Assembly (NCBI GenBank): GCA_963696935.1
Contig: CAVOMB010000060.1
Coordinates: 1,704 to 65,703 of the forward strand
Origin: an uncultured Thermoleophilia bacterium
GTDB lineage: Bacteria; Actinomycetota; Thermoleophilia; UBA2241
Direction of reading: 5' to 3'
DNA: 64,000 nucleotides
Made by a program: the position numbers and the translations under genes. This document shows positions 39,387 through 48,173 of this stretch, piece by piece. The notes beneath the pieces are model-generated. The model did no database searches and was not told where the DNA came from. It saw only the letters and a program-made list of their open reading frames with translations. Within the stretch, counting starts at the first letter, position 1. The number at the start of each line of letters is the position of its first letter.

Positions 39387-41417
39387 TCAGCCGAGGTCGC
39401 GCCGCCAGTCCCACTCCGGCGCGATGACGTCGGTGCCGTCCTGGTCCTCGATGCTGCGGCGCCACGCCACGCGCCTGCCCACGCGGGCGCGCAGGCGCCA
39501 GCCCACCGGCTTCTCCTCCGCCTCGATGGCCTCGCCGATCGCCCTGAGGCGGCGACGCACGCGCGCGCGCTCCTCCTCGTCCAGCTCGAAGTCGTCCAGG
39601 AGCGCGAGGACCTTGCCGATGTTGGCCAGCACGTCCTCGTGCAGCCCCCAGTCGGCGGCACAGGTGGCGGCGATGCCGCGGACGTACAGGGAGTGCTCGT
39701 CGTCCGTCTCGCGCAAAGGAACATCCTTGACCAGGGCGATCACGTCGTGGGCGTCCTTGACGTTGAGGCGGCCGATCTGCAGCTTGCCGATGAACGCGTC
39801 AGCCGGAGAGATGGCGTAGTCGTCGATGAGCAGACGCTCGCGCACATCGAGGTCGTGGTCCATGCGCATGACGTCCAGGAAGACGTCGACGTGGTCGACG
39901 AGGACGTCCGCGCCGGCGCCCTCCAGCACCTGGGTCTTGACCCACTGGAGCTGGCCGGCCCCCGTGGCCTCCGTCACCAGACGGTTCTCGGCGTAGCCCA
40001 GGCGCTGGAACACGTCGTTGAGGCCGCGGTTCTGCACGGAGAGGCCGACGAGGTCGATGTCCGAGTACTCGCGGTCCATGAAGACGAGGTCCGTGCAGTA
40101 CCGGCGCACGGCCAGACCGCCCATGAGCCGCACTTGCACCCCGAAGCGGCGAGCCTCGTCGATGAGCGCCAGGGCCTCGGTCATGTGTCGTTCGGCGGGC
40201 TTCTCCGGCGGCTCCTCGACGTCGGTGGCCGACTTGAGCGGCGCTCCCATGGCCGCTGCCGCCGAGGTCACCCGCAGGTCCTCGAGAGGCGCCTGCATGG
40301 CGTCGAGGATCGGCCGCGCGATGTAGGCGCGCGGCCAGCGGCGCGCCGCCAGCTCCTCGAGCATGCCCCACTCCTGCAGCTCACGGACCGCCTTGCGCGC
40401 CGTGGCGTTGCTCACGCCGAGCGTGAGCTGCGCCTCGGGCACGGTGACGAACGGCGTGCGGAACAGGTCGTCCACCAGCTCGCGGGCGTGGCCGGAGACC
40501 TTCCACCGGTACTGCTCGCGCAGGGCCATGAGCGCGCGCGCCTGAGCCGACGCGCGCTCGGCGCTCTCACGGACCGCGTCGCAGAAGAACGCCAGCCACG
40601 GCTCCCAGGCGCCGTCGGTGCGCACCGCCTGAAGGCGCGCGTAGTACTCGTCGCGGTGCGCCTCGATGTAGGCGGACGGGTAGAGCAGCGGGTGTGACAG
40701 GCGACCGCGTTCGATGAGGAACAGCGCGATGAGCAGGCGGCCGAGGCGGCCGTTGCCCTCGAGGAACGGGTGGATGGCCTCGAAGCGCTCGTGCATCAGC
40801 GCGCACTGCACGAGCGGCGGCAGGCCGGTGCGCTCGCCGAGGAAGGCGTCCCACTCGGCGAGCGCCGCGTGCATCTCGGGCACCGGTGGGGGCACGTAGA
40901 CCGCCGTCTCCAAGGTCGAGCCCGGCGGTCCCACCCAGTTCTGGCCGGTGCGCAGCTCGCCCGGGGTCCAGGCGGCGTCGCGCACGCCGCGCAGCAGCCG
41001 CTCGTGCAGTTCCAGCACGAGCTTGGTGCCCAGCGGGACCTCCGCCAGCCGCTCGACGCCGTACTGCAGCGCGGCGACGTAGTTGCGCACCTCGCGCAGG
41101 TCCTCCCGGAGCTCGAGGTCGGGCGAAGCGGCGACCTCGTCGAACAGCAGGTCCACGAGTGTGGCCGGTGTGCCCTCGATGCGCGAGCTGAGCACGGCCT
41201 CCTGGCGCAGGAAGGGCGCGACGAGGATCTGCGGGTCGCGCCGCGCCCCGGCCAGACCGCTCAGCTCGCCGAGCGCCGCGTCCGCGGCGGAGAGGCGCTC
41301 CACGAGGTCCGTCGAGAACGAGAGCTCGGGCGGCAGCGGCGCCGGCACGAACGCCAGGCCGCCCTCGGCAGGCATCAGGCGCCCGCTCGCCCGCTCGGTG
41401 AATGTGGCCGGGTCCAC
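39387..41417 (-). CDS. Fic-family protein fused to a C-terminal nucleotidyltransferase-like domain (copy 2)
   Basis: SSRIEG inhibitory helix, HPFLEGNGRLGR, HTH, then RLMGGLAV..SDIDL..HVDVF. Confidence 0.9.
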   Translation of the reverse strand: MDPATFTERASGRLMPAEGGLAFVPAPLPPELSFSTDLVERLSAADAALGELSGLAGARRDPQILVAPFLRQEAVLSSRIEGTPATLVDLLFDEVAASPDLELREDLREVRNYVAALQYGVERLAEVPLGTKLVLELHERLLRGVRDAAWTPGELRTGQNWVGPPGSTLETAVYVPPPVPEMHAALAEWDAFLGERTGLPPLVQCALMHERFEAIHPFLEGNGRLGRLLIALFLIERGRLSHPLLYPSAYIEAHRDEYYARLQAVRTDGAWEPWLAFFCDAVRESAERASAQARALMALREQYRWKVSGHARELVDDLFRTPFVTVPEAQLTLGVSNATARKAVRELQEWGMLEELAARRWPRAYIARPILDAMQAPLEDLRVTSAAAAMGAPLKSATDVEEPPEKPAERHMTEALALIDEARRFGVQVRLMGGLAVRRYCTDLVFMDREYSDIDLVGLSVQNRGLNDVFQRLGYAENRLVTEATGAGQLQWVKTQVLEGAGADVLVDHVDVFLDVMRMDHDLDVRERLLIDDYAISPADAFIGKLQIGRLNVKDAHDVIALVKDVPLRETDDEHSLYVRGIAATCAADWGLHEDVLANIGKVLALLDDFELDEEERARVRRRLRAIGEAIEAEEKPVGWRLRARVGRRVAWRRSIEDQDGTDVIAPEWDWRRDLG

Positions 41418-41429
41418 GTCCGGCGTGCC

Positions 41430-42440
41430 CTACTGCGCCGGCCGGCGCCCGCCGGCGAACTCGCTGCGGTAGGGCTCCGTGGACAGCGACACGGTGCTCA
41501 CGGAGCTCCCGGTGCTGGGCGCGTGCATCATCTTGCCGGCGCCGACGGAGAGCCCGACGTGGTGGATCGCGCCGGCGGCGTTGCGGAAGAAGACGAGGTC
41601 GCCGGCGCGCAGCGCGCCGCGCGTGGCGACCCGCGTGCCCACCTTCGCCTGGTCGGACGCGTCCCGCGGGATGGTGACGCCGCAGGCCCTGTAGACGAGC
41701 TCGGTGAACCCGGAGCAATCGACGCCGAAGCCGGAGGTGCCGGCCCACAGGTACCCGAGGCCGGCGAAGGCGCGCGCCTGCTTCACGAGCTGCGCGCCGG
41801 TCGGCCGCGGCCAGGCCGTGCCGGTGTCGTGCAGGAGGACGCCGGCGCGCCGCACGTAGGCGTGCGCGCCGTCGAGCAGCAGCACCTCGACGGCCTGGTC
41901 GGAGGAGGACACCACCGGGAGGCGCGTGCCGCACGAGACCTCGAGCACGCGCCCGGTCAGCTCCTGAGTCTCGTAGAGCCACATCGTGGGCCACCTGACG
42001 AGCGCCACCGACTCTGCCGCCTGAGGCTTCACCGCGGTGAGCTGCCGCGTGGGCACCCAGCCGGGGTAGCCCCACCTGTTCCTCGGTGTGGGCTGGCCGG
42101 CCGCGGCGATGTGCGACCAGCCTCCAGACGTGCCCAGCAGGGAGACCTTGGCGCCGTACAGCGCTTGCGTCTCGAGCCTGCCGACCAGCCCGCGCTTCTG
42201 GGTGACGCTCATGCCGCGGACCCAGGCGCGCGGGTCGGCCGGATAGGCGACGGCGGGCGCGTCCACGGCGCGCGTCTCACCCGGCCGCACCCACAGGGTG
42301 GCCACCGAGACGCGCACCCAGCGCGCCGGCGGGCGGGCGGCCTCGTGGGCGGAGGTCGCGCCGGCGGCGTGCGCCTGCGGCGCCCCCGCGAGCGCGGCCA
42401 CGGCGGCGAGCAGACCGAGGGCCGCCAGGGCGGCCCGCAT
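41430..42440 (-). CDS. Secreted NlpC/P60 peptidase (YkfC-like, SH3-type N-terminus)
   Basis: Signal peptide, ETQALYG, YLWAGTSGFGVDCSG, IPRDASDQ, HHVGL. Confidence 0.9.
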   Translation of the reverse strand: MRAALAALGLLAAVAALAGAPQAHAAGATSAHEAARPPARWVRVSVATLWVRPGETRAVDAPAVAYPADPRAWVRGMSVTQKRGLVGRLETQALYGAKVSLLGTSGGWSHIAAAGQPTPRNRWGYPGWVPTRQLTAVKPQAAESVALVRWPTMWLYETQELTGRVLEVSCGTRLPVVSSSDQAVEVLLLDGAHAYVRRAGVLLHDTGTAWPRPTGAQLVKQARAFAGLGYLWAGTSGFGVDCSGFTELVYRACGVTIPRDASDQAKVGTRVATRGALRAGDLVFFRNAAGAIHHVGLSVGAGKMMHAPSTGSSVSTVSLSTEPYRSEFAGGRRPAQ

Positions 42441-44413
42441 CAGCCCTTGAGGTGCCGGTCGAACCACTCGACCACCAGCTCGAAGCGCCAGACGCGGTGC
42501 AGCGGGCTGCCGGACCGTGTCAGCTCGTGGGACTCGGCCGGGAACCGCACGATCTCCACCGGCCGCTTCAGCAGCCGCAGCGTGGTGAAGAGGTGCTCGC
42601 CCTGCTCCACGGGGCAACGCAGGTCCTCCTCGGAGTGCAGGATGAGCAGCGGCGTGTGGATGTCCTCGGCGTAGGTCACCGGCGAGACCTTGCGGTACAG
42701 GTCCACGTCCTCGAAGAGGAACTTGTCGGTGTAGCCCTTGAAGTCCCAGCCGAAGTCGCTGGAGCCCCACTGCGAGTCGAAGTTGTTGACGGCGCGCTCG
42801 GAGACGGCGGCCTTGAAACGGTCGGTGTGGCCGACGATCCAGGAGGTCATGTAGCCGCCGTAGGAGCCGCCGATGACGCCGAGGCGGTCCGCGTCGACGA
42901 AGTCGAAGCGGCGGACCGCCTCGTCCACCACGGCCATGCAGTCCTCGTAGTCGACGGAGCCCCAGCCCGGGCCGCTCTCGCCGGGGCCGCGGATGGCGCG
43001 CGCCCAGTCCTCGGTGGAGCCGGACGAGCCGCGCGGGTTGCTGAAGACGACGGCGTAGCCGGCGCCGCAGTACACCTGGAACTCGTCGAAGAACACCTCG
43101 CCGTACTGGCCGTAGGGCCCGCCGTGGATGTTGAGGAGGGTGGGGTACTTCTTGCCCTCCTCGTAGCCGGCGGGCCGCATGATCCAGGCGTCGACGCCGC
43201 TGCCGTCGGGCGAGACGGCCGTGAACATCTCGGGCCTGACGAGCTCGCGGCCGGCGCTGAAGACGTCGCCGGCGTCCGTGAGACGCACGCCCGCGGAGGC
43301 CGGGTGCTCGACGGCCGCCGCCGGCCCGGCGTCGTAGAGCTCGCTCAGGTGGGTCGGGTCGCTCGCCGTGAACACCAGACGGCCGGCGGCGAGGTCGAGA
43401 CCGGTGACCTCGCGCTCGCCGCCCACCACCACGTGCGGCTCGCCGGAGCCGTCGGCCGCGACCGCGTAGATGTGCACGCGGCCGTGGTCCTCCACGACGA
43501 ACAGCAACTCACCGTCGTTCCACAGCGGCTCGCGCATGCCGGGGTACGTGGTGCAGTTGCGGTCGAGCGTGGCGGTGAGCAGCGTCAACTCCCCACTCTG
43601 CGCGTCGACGAGAGCGATCTTGGTGTGCCGCGGGTCGTCCCAGACGCCGGAGACCCGCTCGACCGCCAGGCGGCCGTCCGGCAGCCAGGCGACGCCGCCC
43701 ACGGCGCCGCCGCCCTGGGTGAGGCGCCGTGGCTCCGCGCCGGCGGCGTCCACCAGGTACACGTCGTTGACCAACTCGAGGTCCCAGTCGGGGTGACGGG
43801 CGGAGACGAACGCGATGGTGCGCCCGTCCGGAGACCAGCACGGCGAGTGGTCCTCGTAGTCGCCGTCGGTAAGCTGCAGGGGCTCCGCCGAGCCGTCGGC
43901 CGGCACGACGAAGACGTGCCGCGGCCTGCCGGCCGTCCAGCCCACGCTGTCGAGCTTGTACTGCAGGCGGGTCAGGCGCCGGGGACGGCGCTTCTTGTCG
44001 TCGTCTTCTTCGTAGGCCTCGTCGCGCACGCGCGCCACGAAGGCGATGCGCGTGCCGTCGGGCGACCACGCCGCCTGCGTCACGTCCTCCTTGAGCGAGG
44101 TGAGCTTGCGCGGCTCGCCACCGCCCACCGGCAGGACGTAGAGCTGCGACGCCTTATCGGCGCGGTTGGACGTGAACGCGAGCCGCGAGTCGTCCGGCGA
44201 CCAGCGCGGGTCGGCGTCGGACTTCTCCCCGCTCGTGAACTGGAGCGGCGGCTCCGACCCGCCGGCCGCCGCCAGCCAGATCGCCGAGCGGTACTCGTTG
44301 GCTTCCTCATCCACGCGGCCGACCACACAGGCCACCGTCTCGCCGTCGGGAGAGAGCCGCGGATCCGCGACCCCCGCGAGCTCGAACACGTCGTGCGGGA
44401 CCATGCCCGTCAT
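42440..44413 (-). CDS. S9 prolyl oligopeptidase / acylaminoacyl peptidase
   Basis: WD40/PD40-like WSPD repeats, IHGGP, GGSYGG nucleophile, DLRCP, ESHEL. Confidence 0.95.
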   Translation of the reverse strand: MTGMVPHDVFELAGVADPRLSPDGETVACVVGRVDEEANEYRSAIWLAAAGGSEPPLQFTSGEKSDADPRWSPDDSRLAFTSNRADKASQLYVLPVGGGEPRKLTSLKEDVTQAAWSPDGTRIAFVARVRDEAYEEDDDKKRRPRRLTRLQYKLDSVGWTAGRPRHVFVVPADGSAEPLQLTDGDYEDHSPCWSPDGRTIAFVSARHPDWDLELVNDVYLVDAAGAEPRRLTQGGGAVGGVAWLPDGRLAVERVSGVWDDPRHTKIALVDAQSGELTLLTATLDRNCTTYPGMREPLWNDGELLFVVEDHGRVHIYAVAADGSGEPHVVVGGEREVTGLDLAAGRLVFTASDPTHLSELYDAGPAAAVEHPASAGVRLTDAGDVFSAGRELVRPEMFTAVSPDGSGVDAWIMRPAGYEEGKKYPTLLNIHGGPYGQYGEVFFDEFQVYCGAGYAVVFSNPRGSSGSTEDWARAIRGPGESGPGWGSVDYEDCMAVVDEAVRRFDFVDADRLGVIGGSYGGYMTSWIVGHTDRFKAAVSERAVNNFDSQWGSSDFGWDFKGYTDKFLFEDVDLYRKVSPVTYAEDIHTPLLILHSEEDLRCPVEQGEHLFTTLRLLKRPVEIVRFPAESHELTRSGSPLHRVWRFELVVEWFDRHLKG

Positions 44414-44439
44414 GCCGCCCCCTTCCTCCCGGTCCTCTC

Positions 44440-46515
44440 TCAGCCCAGGTCGCGCCTGTAGTCCCACTCCGGCGCGATGATCTGCGTGCCCTCCGTATCT
44501 TCTATCTCACGCCGCCAGGCGACGCGCTCGCCCACTGTAGCGCGAAGGCGCCAGCGCAGGCTCTTGCCGGCGCTCTCCACCGACTCCTTGATGGCACCCA
44601 GACGAGCGTACACCCGGTCCTGCTGCCCTTCGGTCAGGCCGTAGTCGCCCACCATCGCGAGAGCGTTGTCGAGATTGGTCGTGATATCGCGGTACAGGCC
44701 CCAGTCGTGCGAGCAGACCTCGGCGATGTAGAGCAGGTCGATGGAGGTGTCGTCGTCGACGTCGCGCAGCGGCACGTCCTTGACCAGGGCGATGACGTCG
44801 TGGACGTCCTTCTGGTTGATCTTGCCGATCTGCATCTTGGCGATGAACGCGTCGGCCGGGGAGATCGCGTAGTCGTCGATCTCGAGCCGCCCGTGGACGT
44901 CGAGGTCGTGGTCCATACGCATGATGTCGAGGAAGATGTCGACGTGGTCGACGAGCGGCGGCTCGTAGGCGTGATGCACGCCCTGGGCCGCCGCCTCCGC
45001 CTCGGCCTTCATGCCCTCCAGCGCCTCGTTCTTGATGTACTGGAGCTGGCTGGAGCCGGTGGACTGGGTGACGTACCGGTTCTCGGTGTAGTCCAGGCTC
45101 TCGAAGACCGCGTGGATGTCCTTCTTCTGGTCGCCGAGGCCGACGTAGTCGATGTCGGAGTACTCGCGCTCCATGAAGTCCAGGTCGGTGCAGTAGCGGC
45201 GCACGGCGAGCCCGCCGGTGAGGCGCAGCTGCACGCCCATGGCGCGGGCCGCGTCGATGGTGTCCATGGCCTCCGCCATGAGGCGGTCGGCGCGGCGCGG
45301 GGCCCGCTGCACCTGCGCGGTCTCGCTCTTGACGGTGGTGTGGAGCGCGGCCGTGCCGGGGCCGCTGCGCAGGTCCTCCAGCGGGTGCAGAACGGCGTCC
45401 AGCACGTGCTTCGCGAGGTACACGCGCGGCCAGCGTTTCTCGGACCACTCCACGAGCAGGCCGCGGGCCTCGAGCTGGCGCACGGCGCTGCGCGCCGTGG
45501 GGTTGGCGACGTCGAGGATGCGCTGGGCCTCGGGCACCGTCATCGCCGGCGTGCGGAAGAGCTCGTCGGCGAGCCGCAGCGCGTGGCCCTTGACCCTCTC
45601 GCGGTCGCGCTCGTAGTGGCGGATGAGCGCGCGCGCCTGGCGGGTCGCGCGCTCGGCCGTGCCGTGCACGCCCTCACAGAAGAACGTCAGCCAGGGCGTC
45701 CACTCGTTGTGCGTGCGCACCCGCTGCAGCAGCGTGTAGTACTCGTCGCGGTGCCCCTCGAGGTAGGCCGAGATGTACAGCAGCGGCCGAGTGAGGCGCT
45801 GTCGCTCGATGAGGAACAGCGTGATGAGCAGCCGGCCCAGCCGGCCGTTGCCGCCGACGAACGGGTGGATGCTCTCGAACTGCGCGTGCAGCATCGCGCA
45901 CTGGATGAGGTCGGGCAGCTTGTCGCGCTCCTGCAGGAACTGCTCGAACGCAGCCAGCAGCTCCGGCAGCTGCTCCACCGGCGGCGGCACGTAGGTCGCC
46001 GTCGCCTGGGTGGCGCCGGGCGGGCCCAGCCAGTTCTGCGAGGCGCGGAACTCGCCCGGGGTGCGCGCGCCGCTGACGTCGTCGCGCAGCAGCTGCTCGT
46101 GCAGCTCCCTGATGAACTCCAGCGACAGCGGCTCCTGGCGCAGCTGCTCGACGCCGAAGCGAAGCGTCTGGATGCAGGAGCGCACCTCGCGCAGGTGGTC
46201 GCGCGGCACGCTGGGGCGCGCGGCGCCGACCTGGTCGAGGTACAGGTCGGAGAGGCTCACCTGGGCGCCCTCGATGCGCGACGAGCAGAGCGCCTCCTGG
46301 CGCTTGAACGACGCGTCGAGGATGGCCGGGTCCGGGAGCTCGCCACCGACGCCGGAGAGCTCTCCGAGCGCGGCGTCGGCCCGCGACAGCGCGAGCACCA
46401 GGTCCTTGGTGTACGAGATCTTCGGGGGGAGCGGCGCCGGCACGAACGCGGCGTAGCCCTCCGGGGAGCTCACGACCTTGCCGGCTCCGGGGGCGTGGAA
46501 CTCGCTTGGGTCCAT
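44440..46515 (-). CDS. Fic-family protein fused to a C-terminal nucleotidyltransferase-like domain (copy 1)
   Basis: SSRIEG, HPFVGGNGRLGR, HTH, RLTGGLAV..SDIDY..HVDIF. Confidence 0.9.
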   Translation of the reverse strand: MDPSEFHAPGAGKVVSSPEGYAAFVPAPLPPKISYTKDLVLALSRADAALGELSGVGGELPDPAILDASFKRQEALCSSRIEGAQVSLSDLYLDQVGAARPSVPRDHLREVRSCIQTLRFGVEQLRQEPLSLEFIRELHEQLLRDDVSGARTPGEFRASQNWLGPPGATQATATYVPPPVEQLPELLAAFEQFLQERDKLPDLIQCAMLHAQFESIHPFVGGNGRLGRLLITLFLIERQRLTRPLLYISAYLEGHRDEYYTLLQRVRTHNEWTPWLTFFCEGVHGTAERATRQARALIRHYERDRERVKGHALRLADELFRTPAMTVPEAQRILDVANPTARSAVRQLEARGLLVEWSEKRWPRVYLAKHVLDAVLHPLEDLRSGPGTAALHTTVKSETAQVQRAPRRADRLMAEAMDTIDAARAMGVQLRLTGGLAVRRYCTDLDFMEREYSDIDYVGLGDQKKDIHAVFESLDYTENRYVTQSTGSSQLQYIKNEALEGMKAEAEAAAQGVHHAYEPPLVDHVDIFLDIMRMDHDLDVHGRLEIDDYAISPADAFIAKMQIGKINQKDVHDVIALVKDVPLRDVDDDTSIDLLYIAEVCSHDWGLYRDITTNLDNALAMVGDYGLTEGQQDRVYARLGAIKESVESAGKSLRWRLRATVGERVAWRREIEDTEGTQIIAPEWDYRRDLG

Positions 46516-46611
46516 TCCGCCTGCCTCGTTTCGACGGGTGCTTGATCAGCGCTGTTGCGTTTTGAAAGCATACCCCATAAATGTTAGGAAATGGCGTAAC
46601 TCGTGCAAGGT

Positions 46612-46752
46612 TCAGGCGTCGTCGTCGTCCACCTCGTGCCGGTCGACGCTGCCCCCGCGCAACTCCACGATCTGCCGCCGCAGAGCCTGCTCGTCCGGGA
46701 ACTCGTCGTCCGCCGCCCGGTCTCGGTGCACCGGTTCGTCGAAGCCGCGCAT
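46612..46752 (-). CDS. Possible 46-aa acidic peptide
   Basis: Manual translation MRGFDEPVHRDRAADDEFPDEQALRRQIVELRGGSVDRHEVDDDDA; GC3-rich codons. Confidence 0.35.
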   Translation of the reverse strand: MRGFDEPVHRDRAADDEFPDEQALRRQIVELRGGSVDRHEVDDDDA

Positions 46753-46773
46753 GAGCTTGGGCGCGGCCGACCC

Positions 46774-47340
46774 TCAGTCGTGCTCGGCGGCGAGGATCTC
46801 GTCGAGGCGCGAGCCGAAGCTCGCCATGGACTCGCCGCCGTAGGCGTAGATACGCCCTAGGGAGAAGAGGTCGCGCGGTATGGCCGCCCCATAGCGGGTG
46901 CCCGTCGCCGCGAGGTAACCGGCGCGGCGCACCGCGAGCTTGACCCGCTTGTCGTAGATGCCGCCGCGGATGCAAAAGAAGTCGATCTTGACGTCGAACA
47001 GCTCCTCGAGGCTGGTGCGTGAGTCGACCAGCTCGTGGTGCAGCTTCTTGCCCCACAGCCTGGTCAGGTCGAGGTGCGACACCGAGCGGGACTCCAGGCC
47101 CCAGCCGTCGTCGATCAGGCCCTGGACCACCTCCGGCGTGAGCCTGGTGGCCGGCGGGCTGTCGCCCGTGTACAGGGCGCTCGAGACCAGGTCGAGCTCG
47201 GCCGGCCACTGGTACTGCCCCAGAGGACGGGCACCGCGTTGCGCACCAGGTCGGCGTACCCGTCGTCGAACGTCAGGACGATCGGCTGGCGGGCTCCCGC
47301 CCGCGGACATGCCACACGGCCACCAGCGCGAGCACGGCGG
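46774..47340 (-). pseudogene. Polysaccharide deacetylase (NodB homology), fragmented
   Basis: PIVLTFDDGYAD in one frame; GWGLES..SHLDL..EL.DSR..AVRRAGY.AA in another. Confidence 0.75.
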
Positions 47341-47510
47341 CGGCAAGAACGACGACCGCGACGGGTAGAGCCGCCCGCCCCGGCGGCGACGTGTCGCGTG
47401 CTGGCGCACCACGCGCGGACGCCGCGCAAAGCTGCCGCCGGGCGGAGGGATGCCGCCTGGACGCTGCGCGAGGCTGCGGCCGGGCGGAGGTATGTCGTTT
47501 GGGGGTCGGA

Positions 47511-47690
47511 GCCTTGGATGGTGCCCTGGATGGCGTCATCGAAGGTGCCGTCCAAGGCGCCATCGAAGGCGCTATCGAAGGCGCCTTGCAAGGGGCCATC
47601 GAAAGTGCCATTCAAGGCGCCATCGAAGGCGCTATCGAAGGTGCCTTGCAAGGGGCCATCGAAAGTGCCATTCAAGGCGCCATCGAAGGC
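47511..47690. repeat. 15 x 12-bp tandem repeat with a 60-bp higher-order duplication
   Basis: Consensus GCCATCGAAGGC; on the plus strand reads (A-[ILV]-[EQD]-G)n with mostly third-position changes. Confidence 0.92.
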
Positions 47691-47859
47691 ACCGGGCTCC
47701 AGACGACATATGCGCTGGCCCGCGCCCGGCACGTGCGGGCGGGTGCGGCGGCGGCACGCGCGCCGATCGGGCCGCTGGAGGCGACCGGCCGACCGCTTTC
47801 AGCCGCCGTCAGGATGCGAGCATGCGCTCCGCGTCGAGCGCGCCGCCGCCGGTCGGCCG

Positions 47860-47923
47860 GATAGAACACCGGCTTCCAGGCCGGGTAGGCGTACCCCGAC
47901 GTGCCTGCGTACAGCCTCGCCAT
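47860..47923 (-). pseudogene. DUF72 (YecE-like) N-terminal remnant
   Basis: MARLYAGTSGYAYPAWKPVFYP, then loss of homology. Confidence 0.65.
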
Positions 47924-48173
47924 CTCGTCCATCCCTTCCGCGTCGTTCAAGACGGGCGGCGTGCAGTGGAGGGCCCCGCGCCGCCGCCCGTCTGCTTGTG
48001 ACCTGCCCGGACGGCGGCGCGGCTAACGCGGGGCCGTCACTGCCGGCGCCGTCGGCGACCGCCCGCCAACGCAGCAGGGTCGCCGGCGTCCGGCCCACAG
48101 GGAAAGCAAAGAGCAGCAAGCATGCGCGGCGCACGCGCCTGCGCGTGACGCGAACGGAACGAGGAGACCGATC

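Noticed and set aside
47511-47690. CRISPR array
   Set aside because: Contiguous 12-bp units with no unique spacers and no cas genes.
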